From: Heterodontus francisci
Lineage: Eukaryota
Assembly: GCF_036365525.1 (NCBI RefSeq)
Contig: NC_090399.1
Coordinates: 66,892,862 to 66,956,861, forward strand
DNA: 64,000 bases
Direction: 5' to 3'
The first letter of the stretch is position 1; each line of letters starts with the position of its first letter. Below are positions 24,715 to 36,700 of this stretch, one piece after another. Below the pieces are notes generated by a model, which was not told where the DNA came from, ran no database searches, and was given only the letters and a program-made list of their open reading frames with translations. The position numbers and the translations under genes were made by a program.

Positions 24715-27700
24715 GCTCTGTGTTGTGTTGGGGTAAATTTACAGGGGCTCTGTGTTGTGTTGGGGTTTATTTACAGGGAATCTGTTGTGTTGGGGTTTAT
24801 TTACAGGGGCTCTGTGTTGTGTTGGGGTAAATTTACAGGGGTTCTGTGTTGTGTTGGGGTTTATTTACAGGGGCTCTGTGTTGTGTTGTTTTGGGGTTTA
24901 TTTACAGGGGCTCTGTTTTGTGTTGTGTTGGGGTTTATTTACAGGGGCTCTGTGTTGTATTGTTTTGAGGTTTATTTACAGGGGCGGTGTGTTGTATTGT
25001 GTTGTGGTTTATTTACAGGGGCTCTGTGTTGTGTTGGGGTTTATTTACAGGGGCTCTGTGTTGTGTTGTTATGGGGTTTATTTACAGGGGCTCTCTTTTG
25101 TGTTGTGTTGGTCATTATTTACAGGGGCTCTGTGTTGTGTTGGGGTTTATTTACAGGGGCTCTGTGTTGTGTTGTTTTGGGGTTTATTTACAGGGGCTCT
25201 GTTTTGTGTTGTGTTGGGGTTTATTTACAGGGGCTCTGTGTTGTGTTGCGGTTTATTTACAGGGGCTCTGTGTTGTGTTGGGGATTATTTACAGGGACTC
25301 TGTTGTGTTGGGGTTTATTTACATGGGCTCTGTGTTGTGTTGTGTTGGGGTTTATTTACAGGGACTCTGTTGTGTTGGGGTTTATTTACAGGGGCTCTGT
25401 GTCGTGTTGTTTTGGGGTTTATTTACAGGGGCTCTGTTTTGTGTTGTGTTGGGGTTTATTTACAGGGGCTCTGTGTTGTGTTGTTCTGGGGTTTATTTAC
25501 AGGGGCTCTGTGTTGCGTTGGGGTTTATTTACAGGGACTCTGTTGTGTTGGGGTTTATTTACAGGGGCTCTGTGTTGTGTTGGGGTTTATTTACAGGGGC
25601 TCTGTGTTGTGTTGTTATGGGGTTTATTTACAGGGGCTCTGTTTTGTGTTGTGTTGGTCATTATTTACAGGGGCTCTGTGTTGTGTTGGGGTTTATTTAT
25701 AGGGGCTCTGTGTTGTGTTGTTTTGGGGTTTATTTACAGGGGCTCTGTGTTGTGTTGTGTTGGGGTTTATTTACAGGGGCTCTGTGTTGTGTTGCGGTTT
25801 ATTTACAGGGGCTCTGTGTTGTGTTGTTTTGGGGTTTATTTACAGGGGCTCTGTGTTGTGTTGGGGTTTATTTACAGGGACTCTGTTGTGTTGGGGTTTA
25901 TTTACAGGGGCTCTGTTGTGTTGTGTTGGGGTTTATTTACAGGGACTCTGTTGTGTTGGGGTTTATTTACAGGGGCTCTATGTTGTGTTGGGGTTTATTT
26001 ACAGGGATTCTGTTGTGTTGGGGTTTATTTACAGGGGCTCTGTGTTGTGTTGTTTTGGGGTATATTTACAGGGGCTCTGTGTTGTGTTGTGTTGGGGTTT
26101 ATTTACAGGGGCTCTGTGTTGTGTTGTTTTGGGGTTTATTTACAGGGGCTCTGTGTTGCGTTGGGGTTTATTTCCAGGGACACTGTGTTGTGTTGGGGTT
26201 TATTTACAGGGGCTCTGTGTTGTGTTGTGTTGTGTTGGGGTTTATTTAGAGGGGCTCTGTTTTGTGTTGTGTTGGTCATTATTTACAGGGGCTCTGTGTT
26301 GTTTTGGGGTTTATTTACAGGGGCTCGATGTTGTGTTGGGGTTTATTTACAGGGATTCTGTTGTGCTGGGGTTTATTTACAGGGGCTCTGTGTTGTGTTG
26401 TTTTGGGGTACATTTACAGGGGCTCTGTGTTGTGTTGTGTTGGGGTTTATTTACAGGGGCTCTGTGTTGTGTTGTTTTGGGGTTTATTTACAGGGGCTCT
26501 GTGTTGTGTTCGGGTTTATTTACAGGGGCTCTGTGTTGTGTTGGGGTTTATTTACAGGGGCTCTGTGTTGTGTTGTTTTGGGGTTTATTTACAGTGGCTC
26601 TGTGTTGTGTTGGGGTTTATTTACAGGGGCTCTGTGTTGTGTTGGGATTTATTTACAGGGGCTCTGTGTTGTGTTGTTTTGGGGTTTATTTACAGGGACT
26701 TTGCTTTGTGTTGTGTTGGGGTTTATTTACAGGGGCTCTGTGTTGTTTTGGGGTTTATTTACAAAGGCTCTGTGTTGTGTTGGGTTTATTTACAGGGGCT
26801 GTGTGTTGTGTCGGTGTTTATTTACAGGGGCTCTGTGTTGTGTCGGTGTTTATTTACAGGGGCTCTGTGTTGTGTTGGGGTTTATTTACAGGGGCTCTGT
26901 GTTGTCTTGGGGTTTATTTACAAAGGCTCAGTGTTGTGTTGGGTTTATTTACAGGGGCTATGTGTTGTGTTGGGGTTATTTACAGGGGCTCTGTGTTGTT
27001 TTGGGGTTTATTTACAGCGGCTTTGTGTTGTGTTGGGGTTTACTTACAGGGACTCTGTTGCATTGCGGTTTATTTACAGGGGCTCTGTGTTGTATTGTTT
27101 TGAGGTTTATTTACAGGGGCTCGGTGTTGTGTTGGGGTAAATTTACAGGGGCTCTGTGTTGTGTTGGGGTTTATTTACAGGGAATCTGTTGTGTTGGGGT
27201 TTATTTACAGGGGCTCTGTGTTGTGTTGGGGTAAATTTACAGGGGTTCTGTGTTGTGTTGGGGTTTATTTACAGGGGCTCTGTGTTGTGTTGTTTTGGGG
27301 TTTATTTACAGGGGCTCTGTTTTGTGTTGTGTTGGGGTTTATTTACAGGGGCTCTGTGTTGTATTGTTTTGAGGTTTATTTACAGGGGCTCTGTGTTGTA
27401 TTGTGTTGTGGTTTATTTACAGGGGCTCTGTGTTGTGTTGGGGTTTATTTACAGGGGCTCTGTGTTGTGTTGTTATGGGGTTTATTTACAGGGGCTCTCT
27501 TTTGTGTTGTGTTGGTCATTATTTACAGGGGCTCTGTGTTGTGTTGGGGTTTATTTACAGGGGCTCTGTGTTGTGTTGTTTTGGGGTTTATTTACAGGGG
27601 CTCTGTTTTGTGTTGTGTTGGGGTTTATTTACAGGGGCTCTGTGTTGTGTTGCGGTTTATTTACAGGGGCTCTGTGTTGTGTTGGGGTTTATTTACAGGG

Positions 27701-30700
27701 ACTCTGTTGTGTTGGGGTTTATTTACATGGGCTCTGTGTTGTGTTGTGTTGGGGTTTATTTACAGGGACTCTGTTGTGTTGGGGTTTATTTACAGGGGCT
27801 CTGTGTCGTGTTGTTTTGGGGTTTATTTACAGGGGCTCTGTTTTGTGTTGTGTTGGGGTTTATTTACAGGGGCTCTGTGTTGTGTTGTTCTGGGGTTTAT
27901 TTACAGGGGCTCTGTGTTGCGTTGGGGTTTATTTACAGGGACTCTGTTGTGTTGGGGTTTATTTACAGGGGCTCTGTGTTGTGTTGGGGTTTATTTACAG
28001 GGGCTCTGTGTTGTGTTGTTATGGGGTTTATTTACAGGGGCTCTGTGTTGTGTTGGGGTTTATTTATAGGGGCTCTGTGTTGTGTTGTTTTGGGGTTTAT
28101 TTACAGGGGCTCTGTGTTGTGTTGTGTTGGGGTTTATTTACAGGGGCTCTGTGTTGTGTTGCGGTTTATTTACAGGGGCTCTGTGTTGTGTTGTTTTGGG
28201 GTTTATTTACAGGGGCTCTGTGTTGTGTTGGGGTTTATTTACAGGGACTCTGTTGTGTTGGGGTTTATTTACAGGGGCTCTGTTGTGTTGTTTTGGGGTT
28301 TATTTACAGGGGCTCTGTTTTGTGTTGTGTTGGGGTTTATTTACAGGGGCTCTGTGTTGTGTTGTTCTGGGGTTTATTTACAGGGGCTCTGTGTTGCGTT
28401 GGGGTTTATTTACAGGGACTCTGTTGGGGTTTATTTACAGGGGCTCTGTGTTGTTTTGGGGTATATTTACAGGGTCTCTGTTGTGTTGGGGTTTATTTCC
28501 AGGGGCTCTGTGTTGTGTTGTGTTGGGGTTTATTTACAGGGGCTCTGTGTTGTGTTGCGGTTTATTTACAGGGACTCTGTGTTGTGTTGGGGTTTATTTA
28601 CAGGGACTCTGTTGTGTTGGGGTTTATTTACAGGGGCTCTATGTTGTGTTGGGGTTTATTTACAGGGATTCTGTTGTGTTGGGGTTTATTTACAGGGGCT
28701 CTGTGTTGTGTTGTTTTGGGGTATATTTACAGGGGCTCTGTGTTGTGTTGTGTTGGGGTTTATTTACAGGGGCTCTGTGTTGTGTTGTTTTGGGGTTTAT
28801 TTACAGGGGCTCTGTGTTGCGTTGGGGTTTATTTCCAGGGACACTGTGTTGTGTTGGGGTTTATTTACAGGGGCTCTGTGTTGTGTTGTGTTGGGGTTTA
28901 TTTAGAGGGGCTCTGTTTTGTGTTGTGTTGGTCATTATTTACAGGGGCTCTGTGTTGTTTTGGGGTTTATTTACAGGGGCTCGATGTTGTGTTGGGGTTT
29001 ATTTACAGGGATTCTGTTGTGCTGGGGTTTATTTACAGGGGCTCTGTGTTGTGTTGTTTTGGGGGACATTTACAGGGGCTCTGTGTTGTGTTGTGTTGGG
29101 GTTTATTTACAGGGGCTCTGTGTTGTGTTGTTTTGGGGTTTATTTACAGGGGCTCTGTGTTGTGTTCGGGTTTATTTACAAGGGCTCTGTGTTGTGTTGG
29201 GGTTTATTTACAGGGGCTCTGTGTTGTGTTGTTTTGGGGTTTATTTACAGTGGCTCTGTGTTGTGTTGGGGTTTATTTACAGGGGCTCTGTGTTGTGTTG
29301 GGATTTATTTACAGGGGCTCTGTGTTGTGTTGTTTTGGGGTTTATTTACAGGGGCTTTGCTTTGTGTTGTGTTGGGGTTTATTTACAGGGGCTCTGTGTT
29401 GTTTTGGGGTTTATTTACAAAGGCTCTGTGTTGTGTTGGGTTTATTTACAGGGGCTGTGTGTTGTGTCGGTGTTTATTTACAGGGGCTCTGTGTTGTGTC
29501 GGTGTTTATTTACAGGGGCTCTGTGTAGTGTTGGGGTTTATTTACAGGGGCTCTGTGTTGTCTTGGGGTTTATTTACAAAGGCTCTGTGTTGTGTTGGGT
29601 TTATTTACAGGGGCTATGTGTTGTGTTGGGGTTATTTACAGGGGCTCTGTGTTGTTTTGGGGTTTATTTACAGGGGCTTTGTGTTGTGTTGGTGTTTATT
29701 TACAGGGACTCTGTGTTGTGTTGTGTTGGGATTTATTTACAGGGGCTCTGAGTTGTGTTGGGGTTTATTTACAGGGACTCTGTTGCGTTGCGGTTTATTT
29801 ACAGGGGCTCTGTGTTGTATTGTTTGGAGGTTTATTTACAGGGGCTCTGTGTTGTGTTGTGTTGGAGTTTATTTACAGGGACTGTGTGTTGTGTTGGGGT
29901 TTATTTACAGGGACTCTGTTGTGTTGGGGTTTATTTACAGGGGCTCTGTGTTGTGTTGGGGTAAATTTACAGGGGCTCTGTGTTGTGTTGGGGTTTATTT
30001 ACAGGGAATCTGTTGTGTTGGGGTTTATTTACAGGGGCTCTGTGTTGTGTTGGGGTAAATTTACAGGGGTTCTGTGTTGTGTTGGGGTTTATTTACAGGG
30101 GCTCTGTGTTGTGTTGTTTTGGGGTTTATTTACAGGGGCTCTGTTTTGTGTTGTGTTGGGGTTTATTTACAGGGGCTCTGTGTTGTATTGTTTTGAGGTT
30201 TATTTACAGGAGCTCTGTGTTGTATTGTGTTGTGGTTTATTTACAGGGGCTCTGTGTTGTGTTGGGGTTTATTTACAGGTGCTCTGTGTTGTGTTGTGTT
30301 GGGGTTTATTCGCAAGGACACTGTGTTGTGTTGGGGTTTATTTGCAGGGACTCTGTGTTGTGTTGGGGTTTATTTACAGGGGCTCTGTGTTGTGTTGTTT
30401 TGGGGTATATTTACAGGGGCTCTGTTTTGTGTTGTGTTGGGGTTTATTTACAGGGGCTCTGTGTTGTGTTGCGGTTTATTTACAGGGGCTCTGTGTTGTG
30501 TTGGGGTTTATTTACAGGGACTCTGTTGTGTTGGGGTTTATTTACATGGGCTCTGTGTTGTGTTGTGTTGGGGTTTATTTACAGGGACTCTGTTGTGTTG
30601 GGGTTTATTTACAGGGGCTCTGTGTTGTGTTGTTTTGGGGTTTATTTACAGGGGCTCTGTTTTGTGTTGTGTTGGGGTTTATTTACAGGGGCTCTGTGTT

Positions 30701-33700
30701 GTGTTGTTCTGGGGTTTATTTACAGGGGCTCTGTGTTGCGTTGGGGTTTATTTACAGGGACTCTGTTGTGTTGGGGTTTATTTACAGTGGCTCTGTGTTG
30801 TTTTCGGGTTTATTTACAGGGACTCTGTTGTGTAGGGGTTTATTTCCAGGGGCTCTGTGTTGTGTTGTGTTGGGGTTTATTTACAGGGGCTCTGTGTTGT
30901 GTTGCGGTTTATTTACAGGGACTCTGTGTTGTGTTGGGGTTTATTTACAGGGACTCTGTCGTGTTGGGGTTTATTTACAGGCGCTCTATGTTGTGTTGGG
31001 GTTTATTTACAGGGATTCTGTTGTGTTGGGGTTTATTTACAGGGGCTCTGTGTTGTGTTGTTTTGGGGTATATTTACAGGGGCTCTGTGTTGTGTTGTGT
31101 TGGGGTATATTTACAGGTGCTCTGTGTTGTGTTGTTTTGGGGTTTATTTACAGGGGCTCTGTGTTGCGTTGGGGTTTATTTCCAGGGACACTGTGTTGTG
31201 TTGGGGTTTATTTACAGGGGCTCTGTGTTGTGTTGTGTTGGGGTTTATTTAGAGGGGCTCTGTTTTGTGTTGTGCTGGTCATTATTTACAGGGGCTCTGT
31301 GTTGTTTTGGGGTTTATTTACAGGGATTCTGTTGTGCTGGGGTTTATTTACAGGGGCTCTGTGTTTTGTTGTTTTGGGGTACATTTACAGGGGCTCTGTG
31401 TTGTGTTGTGTTGGGGTTTATTTACTGGGGCTCTGTGTTGTGTTGTTTTGGGGTTTATTTACAGGGGCTCTGTTTTCTGTTGTGTTGGGGTTCATTTACA
31501 GGGGCTCTGTGTTGTATTGTTTTGAGGTTTATTTACAGGGGCTCTGTGTTGTATTGTGTTGTGGTTTATTTACAGGGGCTCTGTGTTGTGTTGGGGTTTA
31601 TTTACAGGGGCTCTGTGTTGTGTTGTTATGGGGTTTATTTACAGGGGCTCTCTTTTGTGTTGTGTTGGTCATTATTTACAGGGGCTCTGTGTTGTGTTGG
31701 GCTTTATTTACAGGGGCTCTGTGTTGTGTTGTTTTGGGGTTTATTTACAGGGGCTCTGTTTTGTGTTGTGTTGGGGTTTATTTACAGGGGCTCTGTGTTG
31801 TGTTGCGGTTTATTTACAGGGGCTCTGTGTTGTGTTGGGGTTTATTTACAGGGACTCTGTTGTGTTGGGGTTTATTTACATGGGCTCTGTGTTGTGTTGT
31901 GTTGGGGTTTATTTACAGGGACTCTGTTGTGTTGGGGTTTATTTACAGGGGCTCTGTGTCGTGTTGTTTTGGGGTTTATTTACAGGGGCTCTGTTTTGTG
32001 TTGTGTTGGGGTTTATTTACAGGGGCTCTGTGTTGTGTTGTTCTGGGGTTTATTTACAGGGGCTCTGTGTTGCGTTGGGGTTTATTTACAGGGACTCTGT
32101 TGTGTTGGGGTTTATTTACAGGGGCTCTGTGTTGTGTTGGGGTTTATTTACAGGGGCTCTGTGTTGTGTTGTTATGGGGTTTATTTACAGGGGCTCTGTT
32201 TTGTGTTGTGTTGGTCATTATTTACAGGGGCTCTGTGTTGTGTTGGGGTTTATTTATAGGGGCTCTGTGTTGTGTTGTTTTGGGGTTTATTTACAGGGGC
32301 TCTGTGTTGTGTTGTGTTGGGGTTTATTTACAGGGGCTCTGTGTTGTGTTGCGGTTTATTTACAGGGGCTCTGTGTTGTGTTGTTTTGGGGTTTATTTAC
32401 AGGGGCTCTGTGTTGTGTTGGGGTTTATTTACAGGGACTCTGTTGTGTTGGGGTTTATTTCACGGGGCTCTGTTGTGTTGTGTTGGGGTTTATTTACAGG
32501 GACTCTGTTGTGTTGGGGTTTATTTACAGGGGCTCTATGTTGTGTTGGGGTTTATTTACAGGGATTCTGTTGTGTTGGGGTTTATTTACAGGGGCTCTGT
32601 GTTGTGTTGTTTTGGGGTATATTTACAGGGGCTCTGTGTTGTGTTGGGGTTTATTTACAGGGGCTCTGTGTTGTGTTGTTTTGGGGTTTATTTACAGGGG
32701 CTCTGTGTTGCGTTGGGGCTTATTTCCAGGGACACTGTGTTGTGTTGGGGTTTATTTACAGGGGCTCTGTGTTGTGTTGTGTTGGGGTTTATTTAGAGGG
32801 GCTCTGTTTTGTGTTGTGTTGGTCATTATTTACAGGGGCTCTGTGTTGTTTTGGGGTTTATTTACAGGGGCTCGATGTTGTGTTGGGGTTTATTTACAGG
32901 GATTCTGTTGTGCTGGGGTTTATTTATAGGGGCTCTGTGTTGTGTTGTTTTGGGGTACATTTACAGGGGCTCTGTGTTGTGTTGTGTTGGGGTTTATTTA
33001 CAGGGGCTCTGTGTTGTGTTGTTTTGGGGTTTATTTACAGGGGCTCTGTGTTGTGTTCGGGTTTATTTACAGGGGCTCTGTGTTGTGTTGGGGTTTATTT
33101 ACAGGGGCTCTGTGTTGTGTTGTTTTGGGGTTTATTTACAGTGGCTCTGTGTTGTGTTGGGGTTTATTTACAGGGGCTCTGTGTTGTGTTGGGATTTATT
33201 TACAGGGGCTCTGTGTTGTGTTGTTTTGGGGTTTATTTACAGGGGCTTTGCTTTGTGTTGTGTTGGGGTTTATTTACAGGGGCTCTGTGTTGTTTTGGGG
33301 TTTATTTACAAAGGCTCTGTGTTGTGTTGGGTTTATTTACAGGGGCTGTGTGTTGTGTCGGTGTTTATTTACAGGGGCTCTGTGTTGTGTCGGTGTTTAT
33401 TTACAGGGGCTCTGTGTTGTGTTGGGGTTTATTTACAGGGGCTCTGTGTTGTCTTGGGGTTTATTTACAAAGGCTTTGTGTTGTGTTGGGTTTATTTACA
33501 GGGGCTATGTGTTGTGTTGGGGTTATTTACAGGGGCTCTGTGTTGTTTTGGGGTTTATTTACAGCGGCTTTGTGTTGTGTTGGGGTTTATTTACAGGGAC
33601 TCTGTTGCGTTGCGGTTTATTTACAGGGGCTCTGTGTTGTATTGTTTTGAGGTTTATTTACAGGGGCTCGGTGTTGTGTTGGGGTAAATTTACAGGGGCT

Positions 33701-36700
33701 CTGTGTTGTGTTGGGGTTTATTTACAGGGAATCTGTTGTGTTGGGGTTTATTTACAGGGGCTCTGTGTTGTGTTGGGGTAAATTTACAGGGGTTCTGTGT
33801 TGTGTTGGGGTTTATTTACAGGGGCTCTGTGTTGTGTTGTTTTGGGGTTTATTTACAGGGGCTCTGTTTTGTGTTGTGTTGGGGTTTATTTACAGGGGCT
33901 CTGTGTTGTATTGTTTTGAGGTTTATTTACAGGGGCTCTGTGTTGTATTGTGTTGTGGTTTATTTACAGGGGCTCTGTGTTGTGTTGGGGTTTATTTACA
34001 GGGGCTCTGTGTTGTGTTGTTATGGGGTTTATTTACAGGGGCTCTCTTTTGTGTTGTGTTGGTCATTATTTACAGGGGCTCTGTGTTGTGTTGGGGATAT
34101 TTACAGGGGCTCTGTGTTGTGTTGTTTTGGGGTTTATTTACAGGGGCTCTGTTTTGTGTTGTGTTGGGGTTTATTTACAGGGGCTCTGTGTTGTGTTGCG
34201 GTTTATTTACAGGGGCTCTGTGTTGTGTTGGGGTTTATTTACAGGGACTCTGTTGTGTTGGGGTTTATTTACATGGGCTCTGTGTTGTGTTGTGTTGGGG
34301 TTTATTTACAGGGACTCTGTTGTGTTGGGGTTTATTTACAGGGGCTCTGTGTCGTGTTGTTTTGGGGTTTATTTACAGGGGCTCTGTTTTGTGTTGTGTT
34401 GGGGTTTATTTACAGGGGCTCTGTGTTGTGTTGTTCTGGGGTTTATTTACAGGGGCTCTGTGTTGCGTTGGGGTTTATTTACAGGCACTCTGTTGTGTTG
34501 GGGTTTATTTACAGGGGCTCTGTGTTGTGTTGGGGTTTATTTACAGGGGCTCTGTGTTGTGTTGTTATGGGGTTTATTTACAGGGGCTCTGTTTTGTGTT
34601 GTGTTGGTCATTATTTACAGGGGCTCTGTGTTGTGTTGGGGTTTATTTATAGTGGCTCTGTGTTGCGTTGGGGTTTATTTCCAGGGACACTGTGTTGTGT
34701 TGGGGTTTATTTACAGGGGCTCTGTGTTGTGTTGTGTTGGGGTTTATTTAGAGGGGCTCTGTTTTGTGTTGTGTTGGTCATTATTTACAGGGGCTCTGTG
34801 TTGTTTTGGGGTTTATTTACAGGGGCTCGATGTTGTGTTGGGGTTTATTTACAGGGATTCTGTTGTGCTGGGGTTTATTTACAGGGGCTCTGTGTTGTGT
34901 TGTTTTGGGGGACATTTACAGGGGCTCTGTGTTGTGTTGTGTTGGGGTTTATTTACAGGGGCTCTGTGTTGTGTTGTTTTGGGGTTTATTTACAGGGGCT
35001 CTGTGTTGTGTTCGGGTTTATTTACAAGGGCTCTGTGTTGTGTTGGGGTTTATTTACAGGGGCTCTGTGTTGTGTTGTTTTGGGGCTTATTTACAGTGGC
35101 TCTGTGTTGTGTTGGGGTTTATTTACAGGGGCTCTGTGTTGTGTTGGGATTTATTTACAGGGGCTCTGTGTTGTGTTGTTTTGGGGTTTATTTACAGGGG
35201 CTTTGCTTTGTGTTGTGTTGGGGTTTATTTACAGGGGCTCTGTGTTGTTTTGGGGTTTATTTACAAAGGCTCTGTGTTGTGTTGGGTTTATTTACAGGGG
35301 CTCTGTGTAGTGTTGGGGTTTATTTACAGGGGCTCTGTGTTGTGTTGGGTTTATTTACAGGGGCTATGTGTTGTGTTGGGGTTATTTACAGGGGCTCTGT
35401 GTTGTTTTGGGGTTTATTTACAGGGGCTTTGTGTTGTGTTGGTGTTTATTTACAGGGACTCTGTGTTGTGTTGTGTTGGGGTTTATTTACAGGGGCTCTG
35501 AGTTGTGTTGGGGTTTATTTACAGGGACTCTGTTGCGTTGCGGTTTATTTACAGGGGGTCTGTGTTGTATTGTTTTGAGGTTTATTTACAGGGGCTCTGT
35601 GTTGTGTTGTGTTGGAGTTTATTTACAGGGACTGTGTGTTGTGTTGGGGTTTATTTACAGGGGCTCTGTGTTGTGTTGGGGTAAATTTACAGGGGCTCTG
35701 TGTTGTGTTGGGGTTTATTTACAGGGAATCTGTTGTGTTGGGGTTTATTTACAGGGGCTCTGTGTTGTGTTGGGGTAAATTTACAGGGGTTCTGTGTTGT
35801 GTTGGGGTTTATTTACAGGGGCTCTGTGTTGTGTTGTTTTGGGGTTTATTTACAGGGGCTCTGTTTTGTGTTGTGTTGGGGTTTATTTACAGGGGCTCTG
35901 TGTTGTATTGTTTTGAGGTTTATTTACAGGGGCTCTGTGTTGTATTGTGTTGTGGTTTATTTACAGGGGCTCTGTGTTGTGTTGGGGTTTATTTACAGGT
36001 GCTCTGTGTTGTGTTGTGTTGGGGTTTATTCGCAAGGACACTGTGTTGTGTTGGGGTTTATTTGCAGGGACTCTGTGTTGTGTTGGGGTTTATTTACAGG
36101 GGCTCTGTGTTGTGTTGTTTTGGGGTTTATTTACAGGGGCTCTGTTTTGTGTTGTGTTGGGGTTTATTTACAGGGGCTCTGTGTTGTGTTGCGGTTTATT
36201 TACAGGGGCTCTGTGTTGTGTTGGGGTTTATTTACAGGGACTCTGTTGTGTTGGGGTTTATTTACATGGGCTATGTGTTGTCTTGTGTTGGGGTTTATTT
36301 ACAGGGACTCTGTTGTGTTGGGGTTTATTTACAGGGGCTCTGTGTTGTGTTGTTTTGGGGTTTATTTACAGGGGCTCTGTTTTGTGTTGTGTTGGGGTTT
36401 ATTTACAGGGGCTCTGTGTTGTGTTGTTCTGGGGTTTATTTACAGGGGCTCTGTGTTGCGTTGGGGTTTATTTACAGGGACTCTGTTGTGTTGGGGTTTA
36501 TTTACAGTGTCTCTGTGTTGTTTTCGGGTTTATTTACAGGGACTCTGTTGTGTAGGGGTTTATTTCCAGGGGCTCTGTGTTGTGTTGTGTTGGGGTTTAT
36601 TTACAGGGGCTCTGTGTTGTGTTGCGGTATATTTACAGGGACTCTGTGTTGTGTTGGGGTTTATTTACAGGGACTCTGTCGTGTTGGGGTTTATTTACAG

